Assembly: GCF_018977255.1 (NCBI RefSeq)
Contig: NW_024704742.1
Location: 67,768,001 to 67,832,000 of the forward strand
Length of the DNA stretch: 64,000 bases
Origin: Callorhinchus milii
Lineage: Eukaryota
Direction of reading: 5' to 3'
Position 1 is the first letter of the stretch. Every line of letters begins with the position of its first letter. The position numbers and the translations under genes were made by a program. Below, piece after piece: positions 45,821 through 57,800 of this stretch. A model generated the notes under the pieces. It did not search any database. It was not told the DNA's origin and worked only from the letters and a program-made list of their open reading frames with translations.

Positions 45821-48800
45821 CCTTGCGTTTGATATGGTGCCTTATCACATCATTGAGAAGTCTCAAAGCTCTTCCTCTGGGCACTAGAGGGACAGTGACA
45901 TTGATTTACGTATAGCTTGGAAATCCCTTGGTAAACACACATTGTCAGAGTCACAACAGAGTTCTTAAGGTTCTTCACTCTTGAGTTTCCGCATGTGTCA
46001 GATAGACATCCATCTGACCCAAAACAAATTCCATAAGGGTTAATATCTAATTCACTCTAAATGTTATAATAGACATGCCTTCAATAGCCAGTTGCGGTAA
46101 TGCATCCCACATCTTGATATGACTCCAGTAAAATACTTTATGATTCCGATTGATAATTGCAACATTCTGGCATCACAAGGAATGTGCACGATAAGGTGCT
46201 ATTTGCAAATTCATCACCAGTGGAAATAATCTGTCACTATTAGAGGTGAACTGAAGAGATTTCTTATTTGGTCAGCTGGGTGGGACATCTGATACACGTG
46301 GAAACCCATCACAACGCTTAGACTAATAGGCATCTGTCTATGGAGTACACACTCATTACGCTTTACAACATATCATGGGAACAGCTTCGAGACGTGAAAG
46401 GTGCTGAGTCAAATGCCATGATTATTATTATTATTAAATAACAATCGGCCATCGCAAACCACAGCCATCCAGTAAATAACACAAGAAGAGACAAAAGGTC
46501 CCATTCTGGGGGAGGGGACAGTGACATACCTCGGACCGTGGTAACTTTTTCCTAAGTGGTTTCTGGGGGCGTTTGATCACGAGCTGCTCAACCTCATCAT
46601 CAGAGTTCTCTACTGCTCTAGCCTTATACTGCTCCTCCTCTGCCCTTTGACCCTGATCAATGTTTACTTCATCGCCTTTAAAGTCCAGTCACCCGTCTGA
46701 GCGGCCAAGAGAAGGAAACAGAGAGCGAATGAATGGGTTACCTTTGTCTCACTGCTCGTGGCTTAAGATGGTCAAAGTAAAGGAAGATGTAGTTATGTCA
46801 TGCTTGTGGGAAACACGGCGGTCAGTTATCGGATTTAACCTGTTGCTCATCCATTTCTGACATAATATTTATACAACAACAACTTGCATGCCCTGCACAC
46901 GGGGTGGCATCTACGAATGCTCTACAGAGCCGAGCCGGGGGAAGAGGTGACTGTAAGCGTGGTCGAAGAGGAAGGTCTAAAAGAGGGGAAGGAGGGGTAA
47001 AGCGGGGGGATTGAGGGAGAGAGGAACAACATTGCAAGCAAGAAGACCTGGGTTCAATTCCCAGGCAGGGCGAAACCTTAGGCAAATTTCACGCCTGTTT
47101 ACCTAGCAGTAAGTAGGAACTCAGTTGTTAGCTGGATCACTTTTCTGGGGGCAATAATCCCTTCAAAACAAATAATAATAATTTGGTCACTCAATCCACG
47201 ACTGTTTGTGGGACGTAATTGGCTGCCACATTCGGCCCATGAAATATACAGCCAATTCACTTTACAGTATATTATGTGAAGCGCTTTGAGACGTCTTGAA
47301 GACGTGATAAGGTGCTATTTCAAATGTAAGGTTTATTATTATTTTGCTGCTCTCGGGAATTCCACTTTGCGCTTTCGAAACAGAGTAGATCAGCGGAAAT
47401 CGCAATCAGATCTTTCCAACACAACAATAAATTGCATTTACAGTATGTAGCGCCTTTCATTTTGGGAATATGTCCCAAGGTGCCAGACAGTTAAGGGTTT
47501 GCACCCAAGCTGGAGGCTGGAGTCGAGAGGCATGGAGGGAAGGAAGGTAGTGGTGGGAGGATTTTCGAAGGCACAGTCAAAGAGCAAGGGCTTGAGATGG
47601 GCCTTGAAGGAGGCAAGGGAGGCGGTGAGGTGGAGGAGCTTTGGAATGAAGTTCCTAGGGTGGGAGTAGAAAGGCTAAAGGTCTGACCAGACAGAGAGTG
47701 GAACGCGGAACAGGCCAGTACCCGCTGAGTGGAGGCAGCAGCCAGGATGGAAGGGTTTTAGGAGGTCACCGAAGTAGGGTGGAGCAAGACTATGGAGAGC
47801 TTTCAAAGTGAGGAGAAGGATTTTAAACACGATCCGCTGGGGAACAGTAAGCCAGTGAAACCAGACGAGAGTGCTCCATGTCCCCCATCCCCTGAACCCT
47901 GCAAGCTAGACACCAGCGAAGAAAAATCACGAAAAGTGCCAGCAAAGGACTGAGCACCAGGATGCGATCGTTTGAGATGCTCAGTCTTTCAGGCTCATGA
48001 GGTTCACTAATTTATTTTTGTTAAAAAAATCCACAGGATCTGATTGCCTGTGTCACACTGTTATTTTCGATGTGTTTCGCCCACAAAATACACAGTCATT
48101 CTTCACTTTACAGTATATTCTGTGATCCACTTTGAGACGTCTCAATGATGTGATAAGGCACTATATCAAATGCAAGGATTATTATTATTATTTTTGGCTT
48201 TAATGTCTGCCAAATGATAAATTTGCTATGCTTGATAGTTAGCACTTTGAGACATCTCGACGCGACAAAGAGTTGCTATATAAAAAATAGCAAGTTCTTT
48301 AGTTACTTGCAAGGCAGCAATTAGCACCCATGAATGAATGCTATTTAAAACCATGTGTGAGGTTAGTGCTCATCCCACAGCAAAACAAATTATTAATTCG
48401 CAGCTACTGAGTGTAAGGAGAGTTATTTCAATGCACAGCCTGGTTTACTTTCTGAAGCGCAGTTTTCATGCCTCTCGGTGGGACTTACGCCAGCGGCGTT
48501 CCCAAGACGTGGACGGAGAATGAAGAGACGAAAGAGAAAGGAGAGAAGGAAAAGGCATTGAAGAGGCTTTGCAATCTCTGCGGTGAAACGGCACACGTAC
48601 AGCGCTTGCGTACAAATGCACTACACTCTTTTGGATGTCTCAAAAATTGTAAGTAAGAAGTATTGTTATATTACATAATATATAACTGTGTTTGCCTGGT
48701 TTAGTTAATTGTACTTTCACTTCTGAGGCAGAATCTTGTGGGTTCAAATCCTACGTCAAAAAATTGAGCTCACTGTCTAAGCTGACACTACAGTTGTCGG

Positions 48801-51800
48801 AGATGCCATCCTGCCGATGAGACATTAAACCAAGGTCCAGTCTGCCTATTCAGGAGGACACTAATGATCCCACGGGACTACTCAAAAAGAGAAGGGAGTT
48901 TCTCCCTTCCCTCTCCAGGAAACAATCCCCCAGATAAAATTGGTCACTCACTTCAGACAATACAATACAAAATTACATTTATATAGCATAATTCACATTG
49001 GGACAACGTCCAAGGTGCTGGGGTTTCATGGCTGTTTGTGGGAAATTAGTCATTCACTTCATGGCTGTATCTGGGACACTGCTATGTGCAAATTATGGCA
49101 ACCACGTTTGTCTACAAAATAGATGTTTACAACAACAAGATTACATTTGTATAGCACCTTTCATGTCGGGAGGATGTCCCAAGGCGCTGGTCAGTGTACA
49201 GCATTTCAGACCCGAGCTGGGGTCAGGGGGGGAGAAGGGAGGGGAGGGGAAGGGGGGTGGCCGATGGCATGGTCGAAGAGGAGGATTTTGAGGCGGGACT
49301 TGAAGGAGGCTAAGGAGGGGGCGAGGCAGAGTGATTGGGGGATGGAATTCCAGAGGTTGGGGGCAGAGTGGCTGAAGGCTCTCCCGCCAATGGTGGGGCG
49401 GGTGGGTCGAGGGACGTGGAGCAGGCCAGAGCCGGCTGAGCGGAGGGAGCGGGCGGGTTGGTAGGGGGTTAGGAGGTCGCAGAGGTAGGATGGGGCGAGG
49501 TCATGGAGGGCTTTGTAGGTGAGGACCAGGATCTTGAACTGGATCCTCTGAAGGACAGGTTGAGAGTGGGGGAGATGGGGTCACGGAGTTTGGTATGGGA
49601 GAGGACACGGGCTGAGGAGTTCTGGAGTTTACAGCAAAACCTATGAAGTGTTTTGCTGTTGTTATGATGGTGTTTTAGGGCATGTAGGCATGTATACAAT
49701 CTAAAGATTATTAATCATAATAATCTTTGTATTTGATATAGTACCTTATCCCATCGTCGAGATGTTTCAAAGTACTTTACAGGAAACAGTACTGTCAAAT
49801 GGATTGATTGTGTATTTTGTGGGCGAAACGTGGCACACAGTTTTGCACACAGCAATGTTCCACAAACGGTTGTGGAGTGAATGACCAATTTTATTTGGGT
49901 GATTTTTGACCAAGGCATTGGGAGAAACTCACTTCTCTTTTCAAATTGTGCCATGGGATCTTTAATGTCCACCTGAACAGGCAGACAGTTCAACGTCTTA
50001 ACCGAAGAACGGCACCTCCGACAATGCAACACCCCCTCAGCACTGCATTGGGGTGTCAACTTAGACTATGTGATTCCAAGTCCCGACGTGGGGCTTGAAC
50101 CCACACCTTCTGATTCAGAGACGAGAGTGCTACCACTGTGCCAGGCTGACACACAAAACATAATGTGTCCCTCGTTTTCTGTCACATGATATTATTATAA
50201 TTATTGGAAACAAAATGACAGCAAGAATTAATCCTCCAACTAACTCCCTGGTTCTTTACTGGATATGAAATAAAGAGACAGATAGGAGTCAGCCATTCAG
50301 TAAACTGTTTGAATGTGCACAATCCAGCATCATTTCCAGCCGCTGCTGAGCTCATTAATATCATTGCGGCAGAGGTTAAACAGAAGACATGCAGCCACTT
50401 CAAACTCAAGCCTAGTGAGGGCTCAAACCTGCGCTTGTCATATCAAAACCAACTAGTCACATCCTCCTTGGAGATAAGTGGGGTCTCCTTGGAGCTGAAC
50501 TGGCTCCAAGGTGACATGCTTGAATGGAATGAATTAATGTAGGAATCGAGCCAGTTCTCTGCGGGATAGAGTGGATAGAGGGATCCAGGGAGAGAGAGCA
50601 CATTCCATACCAACCATCTATCTCTGGGATTTCCATGTGTAGGTGGGATGAATGGAATTATCAGTTTGGTTTGGATACTCTTAAGCATGGGGATGGGTTT
50701 CCGCGTGTGTCAGACACCCGGTTAACCAAAAGAAACCTCAAGCCTGCTTTTACGCTTGTACAGTTAAAAGACTTGGGGGCTTGACGCAATAATTATAATT
50801 ATTCATATCGTCATATGGCGTGACTCTGTTAATGTCTCAGTTGATGTCTGGGGCTTGGAGGCTGCCTGTTTTCCTTTCAGATTGGAGACTTTCTGTGGCA
50901 GTTTCAAATTTGAGTTAAGCTTGCCAACCGGCGCTGAGATGCAGCATGGCTAATAACAGGCACAGATGGTTATGGGCCCAACCATTGTGATAAAGATGGT
51001 GGAGAGGGTAGGTGAGCAGGGCTGGCGGGGGGGGGAGTGTGGGTGGGGGTGTTCGCAGAAGTGATTTGAGACTTAGTTGCAATAGGACAGTGTTGGTCCC
51101 TTCAATGTCATCATTTGTCACTTGGGATATTATTGCATTGCAGCAACAAGGACCAGCAAGGTCAGTAGCTCTAACATTTGGGTACCTCAGCTGGGACTCC
51201 CCGACGTGCTCTGACTCACCTGTTATGATATTGAATATGATGCCGTTTCTAAAGGCTAGAGAGAGAGAAAAAAATAAAGACCATGAAAAAGAACGAGGGT
51301 GGGGGAATAAACAAATGAAAATGAAACAACAGATGTGCAAGTGGTGTCCTCTCTATGAATGTTTAGACGCCTTGGAGGGAGAAATTGCACTTAAGAAATC
51401 CCACTTGAGTCTAGATTTACTCTATTTTTGTAGCATTTCAGAGAGTGAAGAGTTTGGCAAATTGTTGAATTCAATCTTGACTTGTCAGGTCCTGCAGTGA
51501 ACCAAAATTAAGACAGTGGCTTCAAAATTAACTCTGTGTTTCAGAATGTACCATATTTTGCACATTCTGAAATACTAAGAAAACAAAGTAAATTTCAACC
51601 TGGGTGGAAATTCTACCCATTGACGATAATAATATCTACATTGCAACTGGCACTAACCAGATTCAGCAATGCCAAACACACTCAGTATCTACAGGATATT
51701 CGAAAATTTCTATGTAAGTTGGCATGAGATAAAGATGGGTGAGGCAATGGCTCACTTTCCCATTGGGTCAGAAGATTGTGGGATCAAGCCCCCATCCCCA

Positions 51801-54800
51801 CCAACACCACAACAACAACACATTTGAATAGCGCCTTTCACATCGAGAGGACGTCCCAAGATGCTGGAACAGACAGAGTTTCAGACCCGAGCTGGGAGTC
51901 GGGGTCAAGGAGGGTGGAGGGCAGGGGAGAAGCAGTGAGATTGAAAGCACGGTCGAAGAGGAGGGTCTTGAGATGGGTCTTGAAGGTGGCGAGGAAGGAG
52001 GCGAGGCAGAGGGACGTGGGAGTTCCAAAGGGTGGAGGCAGAGTTGCAGAAGGCTTGCCCGCCAATAGTGGAGCGAGTGAGGCGGGGGACGTGAAGCAGA
52101 CCGGAGCCTGCTGAGCAGAGGGAGTGAACAGGGTGGTAGGGGTTAGTAGATCGCAGAGGTAGGGGGGAGCAAGACCATGGAGGGCACCACACCCACATTG
52201 AGACATCGAGTTCACATTCCAGTGCAATGCCGGTGGGGTGGTGGGCGGGTGGCGGGGGTTGCATTGCTGGAGGTGACATCCTTCAGATGCCACCTACAGC
52301 CAAGGTCCTGACTGCCTGTTCTACAGGGAGATGAAAATATCCCACAACACTATAGCAAGATAAAATGGCCCAACCAGTCAGAGTCCTGGCTGACAATCCC
52401 CCAGAGAAAAGAGGAAGGAGTTTTGTCTCCTGGACAACTATCTTCCAAGTTAAATCGATTATTAACCTCATCGCGACTACCACATTAGCCTCCAAAAAAT
52501 CAAGCACTTAACTCCAATGACAGTGTTTTGTGTCTGCTGGGGTACAACACGCTACAAAAAAGCAAGTTCCTTCTTTGCAAACAAGCCACCCAGCAGACTG
52601 TTATTGTTATTTCACTTAATGGCTTCTCCAACACCCCAGCCTTGTCTCTGCCGCCCAGACAGCTCTTGTGAACAACACCAAACTTTATGCATTATAACAA
52701 ATTGTATTTGTGCGGCTTGGAAATGGGCCACTGGGCCCAACATCCCTCACGTCGGGAGGACGTGTCAAGGAATAAAGATTAAGGTCAAAATGGTAGTATT
52801 CCTAAACAACAACAATTTTACATTTATACAGCGCCTTTCATATCAGGAGGCCGTCTCAAAGCACTTTGCACTGTCCCTGAGAGAGACTGAGGGAGGAGGG
52901 AGCTTGAGATGAGAGTTGAGGGGCAGGAGTTGGGAGGGGAAAGATGACCAAAAGCTCAGTCAAAGAGGTCGCTCCTGAGACAGAGAAAAGAGGAAGGAGT
53001 TTTGTCTTCTGGCCAACTATCTTCTGGGTTAAATAAGTCATTCACCTCACTGGTGCCGACAGGACCTTGCTTTATGTTCAAAATGGCTGCCGCCTGTGGT
53101 TGCAGTATACGCAGCTGTGTGACAATGATTACTTGTAAGGTTCCGGTTAAAATAAAATTGCAAATTCTTTCTTCTTTTCTTCAAGCCTGGAATCTGACTT
53201 GCTCTCTGTGGAGCTGGACATCCCGAAGTATTCTTTGCTATCTCGCCCCCTCCTTCCTCCACGTGTCAGTCAAATGTCACATCAGTCAGGCTGCGTACTC
53301 CAGAATTTCCACCTTGTCCTAGTGTGTAAGATCACTGGACCCAAAATTCCACCTAGCCTTAGCCTATAAGATCACCAGTCTCAAAATTCCAACTAGTCTT
53401 AGCCGGTAGGATTACTGTACCCGAAATTCCACCTAGTCTTAGCCTGCACACCCATTGAAGAATTGAAAACAATTTACCCGCAATTTTCTTGGTACTTTTA
53501 ATATCAAAATGTTAATGATGTGTCAGATAACTGAGCTAAGGGTGGGCAGTTCCGGACCTCATTTGTGTGTCCCCGTGAAGGTTTCCAAGCTTACCCGAGT
53601 TGTCGATGGTCTCTGTGATGTGGCGGGGGGCACTCTGCGTGGGAGCGTGGGCACTGCCTATCCTTGTCGTGGGGCCGTCTTCACCTCGGATTGAGGTCAG
53701 GTCCTGCATGCTGAAGCTCCTCAGCCTCTCCGACAGAGCCCCCTGTCCCTGCAACACAGCAAAACAGCTTACCTTTACCACAGAGTGCATTAACCATGGC
53801 CCTTAATAGAAGGGACTATTTATAGCAGGGTTGTCCAACCTTTTAGCTGCTGAGGGCCGAATGCCTGATTTGAGAAATGTCCATGGGCCTCATAGACAAT
53901 ATTTGATCCTGATTGACCGGTCTCATTGCTGGGCAACGCCTGAGCCCCCAGTGACCATCTCCTGATTGGCTCGGTGGCCCCCCACGAGCCACCTGTTGGA
54001 TTTATACAGTGTCCTGAGAAAAAGGTGGGGTGTCTGTCTGTCTGACTGTCTGTCAGTAACAGACAGCTCTGTGCAGGAGGCTATCACAGCAAAGATCCTC
54101 TGCCTCTCAAAACACTGGTTTCAAAATCACTGCGGGTCATGCCGGCTCCCAAACACTCTCCCACACATATGGTGGGGTCCAACGTTGTTTTATTCCTAAA
54201 CTCATTTGCCGACAATAATTAAGAGACTGTCCAGATATTCTGAGTCCTTTTAAACCTGTCCTGAATAAGAGGTTTGGGACTGAATGGTCAGAGCACCATT
54301 AATTGTCACCGGAGTTAAATATCACAGCATTTGCGATCCGTGATGTGTTAATTAAACAATATCTTGGGATACAATATATAGTTTGGGACATGTCATGTGC
54401 ATGTGACTGCCAGGATGGTGGAAGGCAAATTGAATGAACCTTGGTCTTCCTTCACATAGCGATTCCTATGTTCTTATGTTCTAATTATCACCAGCGTTGT
54501 CTGTCATAGCATTGTTAATTGTCATCAGTGTTAAGTATAACAGCATCGCAACCGTGACTGAACACTTCTCCCTCACCCTCTCTCCATCCCCCCCACCCCT
54601 CCAGTCACCCTCTGCCATCAAACTCATTGCTGCCCCCCTCCCTCCACCATGTCCCCTCTCCCCATGGACTTCAGAAAAATGCTTTTCACAGCCAATTTGG
54701 TCACCATTTTTTTAAAGCAGCTTTTTATTTTACCGCATTATTTATAATGTTACTTTTACCAAAATGATTTTTGAGGCCATTATTAGGCAAAGTTGTTCGA

Positions 54801-57800
54801 AAGCTGTGCAGATCGGGCTCATAGAAATTTACAGAGAAGAAGAAAGCCATTCAGTTCATCATGTACTTTGCTGACTCTTTTGAGAGTAGTCCTTTGCCTG
54901 CCCTCCCCCACATACCCTACAGTTGACTCCTGATAGAACCATCTTTAATCAAAGCTAGTTTGCCAATAACTGGCCAAAAGACCATACAGGGTCCCCTTCA
55001 ATTATGCCTGGTGATAAGGAAGGATCATAATGAGTTTAAAATTTCATAATTTTCATCCCAATAAATATCTTGCGATGTCCTCTCGAAGAGCTACATAAAT
55101 GTAAATTTGTATTGTATCTGGAATAAATCTCAGCCTTCCTAAAATCATTTGATTTACATTTACTTTTAGACAAGACAAAAATCCTAATAATCCCTCAAAA
55201 AAAACAAGATATCTGTGAGATGTAGTGACTGCGTATTTTGTTGGCAAACTCAGCAGCCAATTTGCACACATAAACGACTATGAAGTAAGTGCATGACCAG
55301 TTTTGTCTGGGAGATTGTTGACGAGGATTTAGTGAGAAACTCCCTTCTCTTTTTGAAATAGTCTCGTGGGATTTTTATTGTCTACCTGAACATACAAACA
55401 GGACCTCAGCTTACCATCTCATCTGAAGGATGGCACCTCTGAAAAACACAGCACCCACCCCCAGCACTGCACTGGAGTGTCAGCCGAGAAGGTGCGAGTT
55501 CAAAGTCCCGATATGGGGCTTGAACCCACAACCATCTGACTCAGAGGCGAGAGAGCTACCAACTGAGCCAGCCTGACACCTAAGCCGCCTGACCAGGCTG
55601 TTTGTTCTGCTTCATGCAGATACACAGTCACTTCACTGTACAGCAATTCTGTGTGAAGTGCTTTGAGATGTTTCAACATTATAGGTGCTGTAACAAATAC
55701 AAGGATTGTGTAATAATAAATGCTAATCAATAATAATAATAATCTTCGCATTTGATGTAGGCTTTTCACATCTTCTCGAATATGCTGTAAAGTGAATTGA
55801 CTGTACATTTGTGGGCGAAACGCGGCAGCCAAATTGCGCACAGCAGTGTCCCACAAACAGTCGTGGATTGAAAATGACCAATTCACTATTGTTTTTGGTT
55901 TTGGAGGGATTATTATTAGGCGTGTGGAGTAAGGAAACTTGCCCAAGGTTTCGCCCTCTGCCTGGAATTGAACCCAGGTGTCTCGCTTGTAAGGCGAGTC
56001 CTCTAACCACTGAGCTACAGAATTTTGTGGGCAAAATGCTAACTAGTGCTCCTGTAATGAATCGTCATAGGAGTATCAGTTAGCAATCTATTTTCTCTGG
56101 ATAGGTTATGTCTGCAATCCCATTAACTGCGACCTGAGGTCAGTGCATTCAAAGGGGGAGGGGGGGGGGGGTGCTGTGATAACCCGGTGATAAATTAAAT
56201 CACAGGGTGCATTGCTATGATAATTTACACTGGTGATAATTAACACATTGTGGGTTCCAATCCTCCTGCTCTCCCCCCAACTCGTATGTGCTCCATGAGG
56301 ATTTTAGTGCTTTTTTGAGCAACAACTGAAAAAGCCTAAAAGCCCACCCAGTCTCATGCTGTTGGACCTTTTTTTTTGTCTCAAAAGTTTTTCAGGTTTG
56401 GAAAATTGCGAAATTCATTCTCAATCGTGATTTCATGTTTCATGAACGGAAAAACAGGACCTCGGTTTAACATCTCATCTGAAGGATGGCACCATCATAT
56501 TTCTTAGCAAAGAAACTGGCTTCCAAGTTAATTAGTCAACTAGACTGCTGCATTCACCTACAAACAAGTCACAGTAAATGACTGTGAAGCTCTTCGAGAT
56601 ATCCTCCAGACATGAAAAGGTGCTACAGTAAATTAAAGATTATTATTATTATAATCCTTGTATTTGATGTAACTCCTTATCACATCGTTGAGACGTCTCA
56701 AATCGCTTCTCAGAATATACTGCAAAGTGAATTGACTGTATATTCTTGTGGGCAAAACAACAAAATAAAATCATTAAAACTGAATTTAAGAATTTTCCAC
56801 ATTTCTGCATAATCTTGAATTTTAAGGGAGAAGCGAACGGTTTTAGGGGCTAAGACTAAGGTGGAATTTTGGGGTTCTCAACTTTTGCACAGTGAAAATA
56901 TTAGCAGTCTGTGTGTGTGACTCATGAGCAAGGGCATTTGTGTGTGTATTATTTCAGAATGTAACACATGCAAATAACAATCCGGTCAAGGAGTGACATG
57001 GGTATGAAACATAAGTGTGCACTGTGCTTAATCCAGTGTGAAAGTGCGAGCGTATCACCCGCTCAAAATTACAGCAAACGTGAAAATAAGCATGCAACAA
57101 CATGCAGAGAATAAAATACTTTATCATCAAACATTACGATAGCACCACGGAACGAGCAAAACTGGTCACTGTTAAACCTTGGCACAAAGCATGTAGATCA
57201 AACTCTGCAAGAGCCAGGGTTTTTGGGGGCTGCTCAGTTTTTAATACGTCTTGCACAAGCAGTCACGGTTTGTTAGGGACGTTTGTTAGATACAAGGCTA
57301 TAATGAGTCGGCTGGGCTGTGACTGGACACAATGAAAGAGCTCGCGATCAAGGGTTCCAGCAGCATCTTATGGCTCTCTACACTTTACAGCAAATCCTGT
57401 GAAGTGCTTTGGGATGTCCCCCTGATGTGAGAGAGGCCATACCAAATGTAAGCATTATTATTTTTTAATATTCTTATTATTATTTGATTTCATTTTGGTT
57501 ATCTTCCCACCACCACCCTCCACTCTCCTTGACTTCAGCCCGCAGCTCCTGTGCAAACCAATGTCCCAGTGCATTGGGACATCCTCTCGACATGAAAGGC
57601 ACTATATAAATGTCAATGTGTTGTTAATGTTGTTTCTAAGTATTTTTCGGTGATGGATTAGCCAGACCAATAACATTGACAGGTTGCATACGAATGGATG
57701 TTACTTTTCTTAGCATGTTTGAACTTCCTAGAATACAGCAGTTACCTTTTGCAGGAAGTTGATATTTTGTTCACTGGGTATTTTGTGGAGCCTTTCCGGA

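Noticed and set aside
50925..50950. Candidate 25-nt REEP1 microexon (tag|CCATGCTGC...GTTG|gcaagc)
   Set aside because: Weak tract, GC donor, frame-shifting length, and no support.
53303..53445. CRISPR-like array
   Set aside because: Contiguous degenerate tandem units without unique spacers, no cas genes, and a vertebrate intron context.
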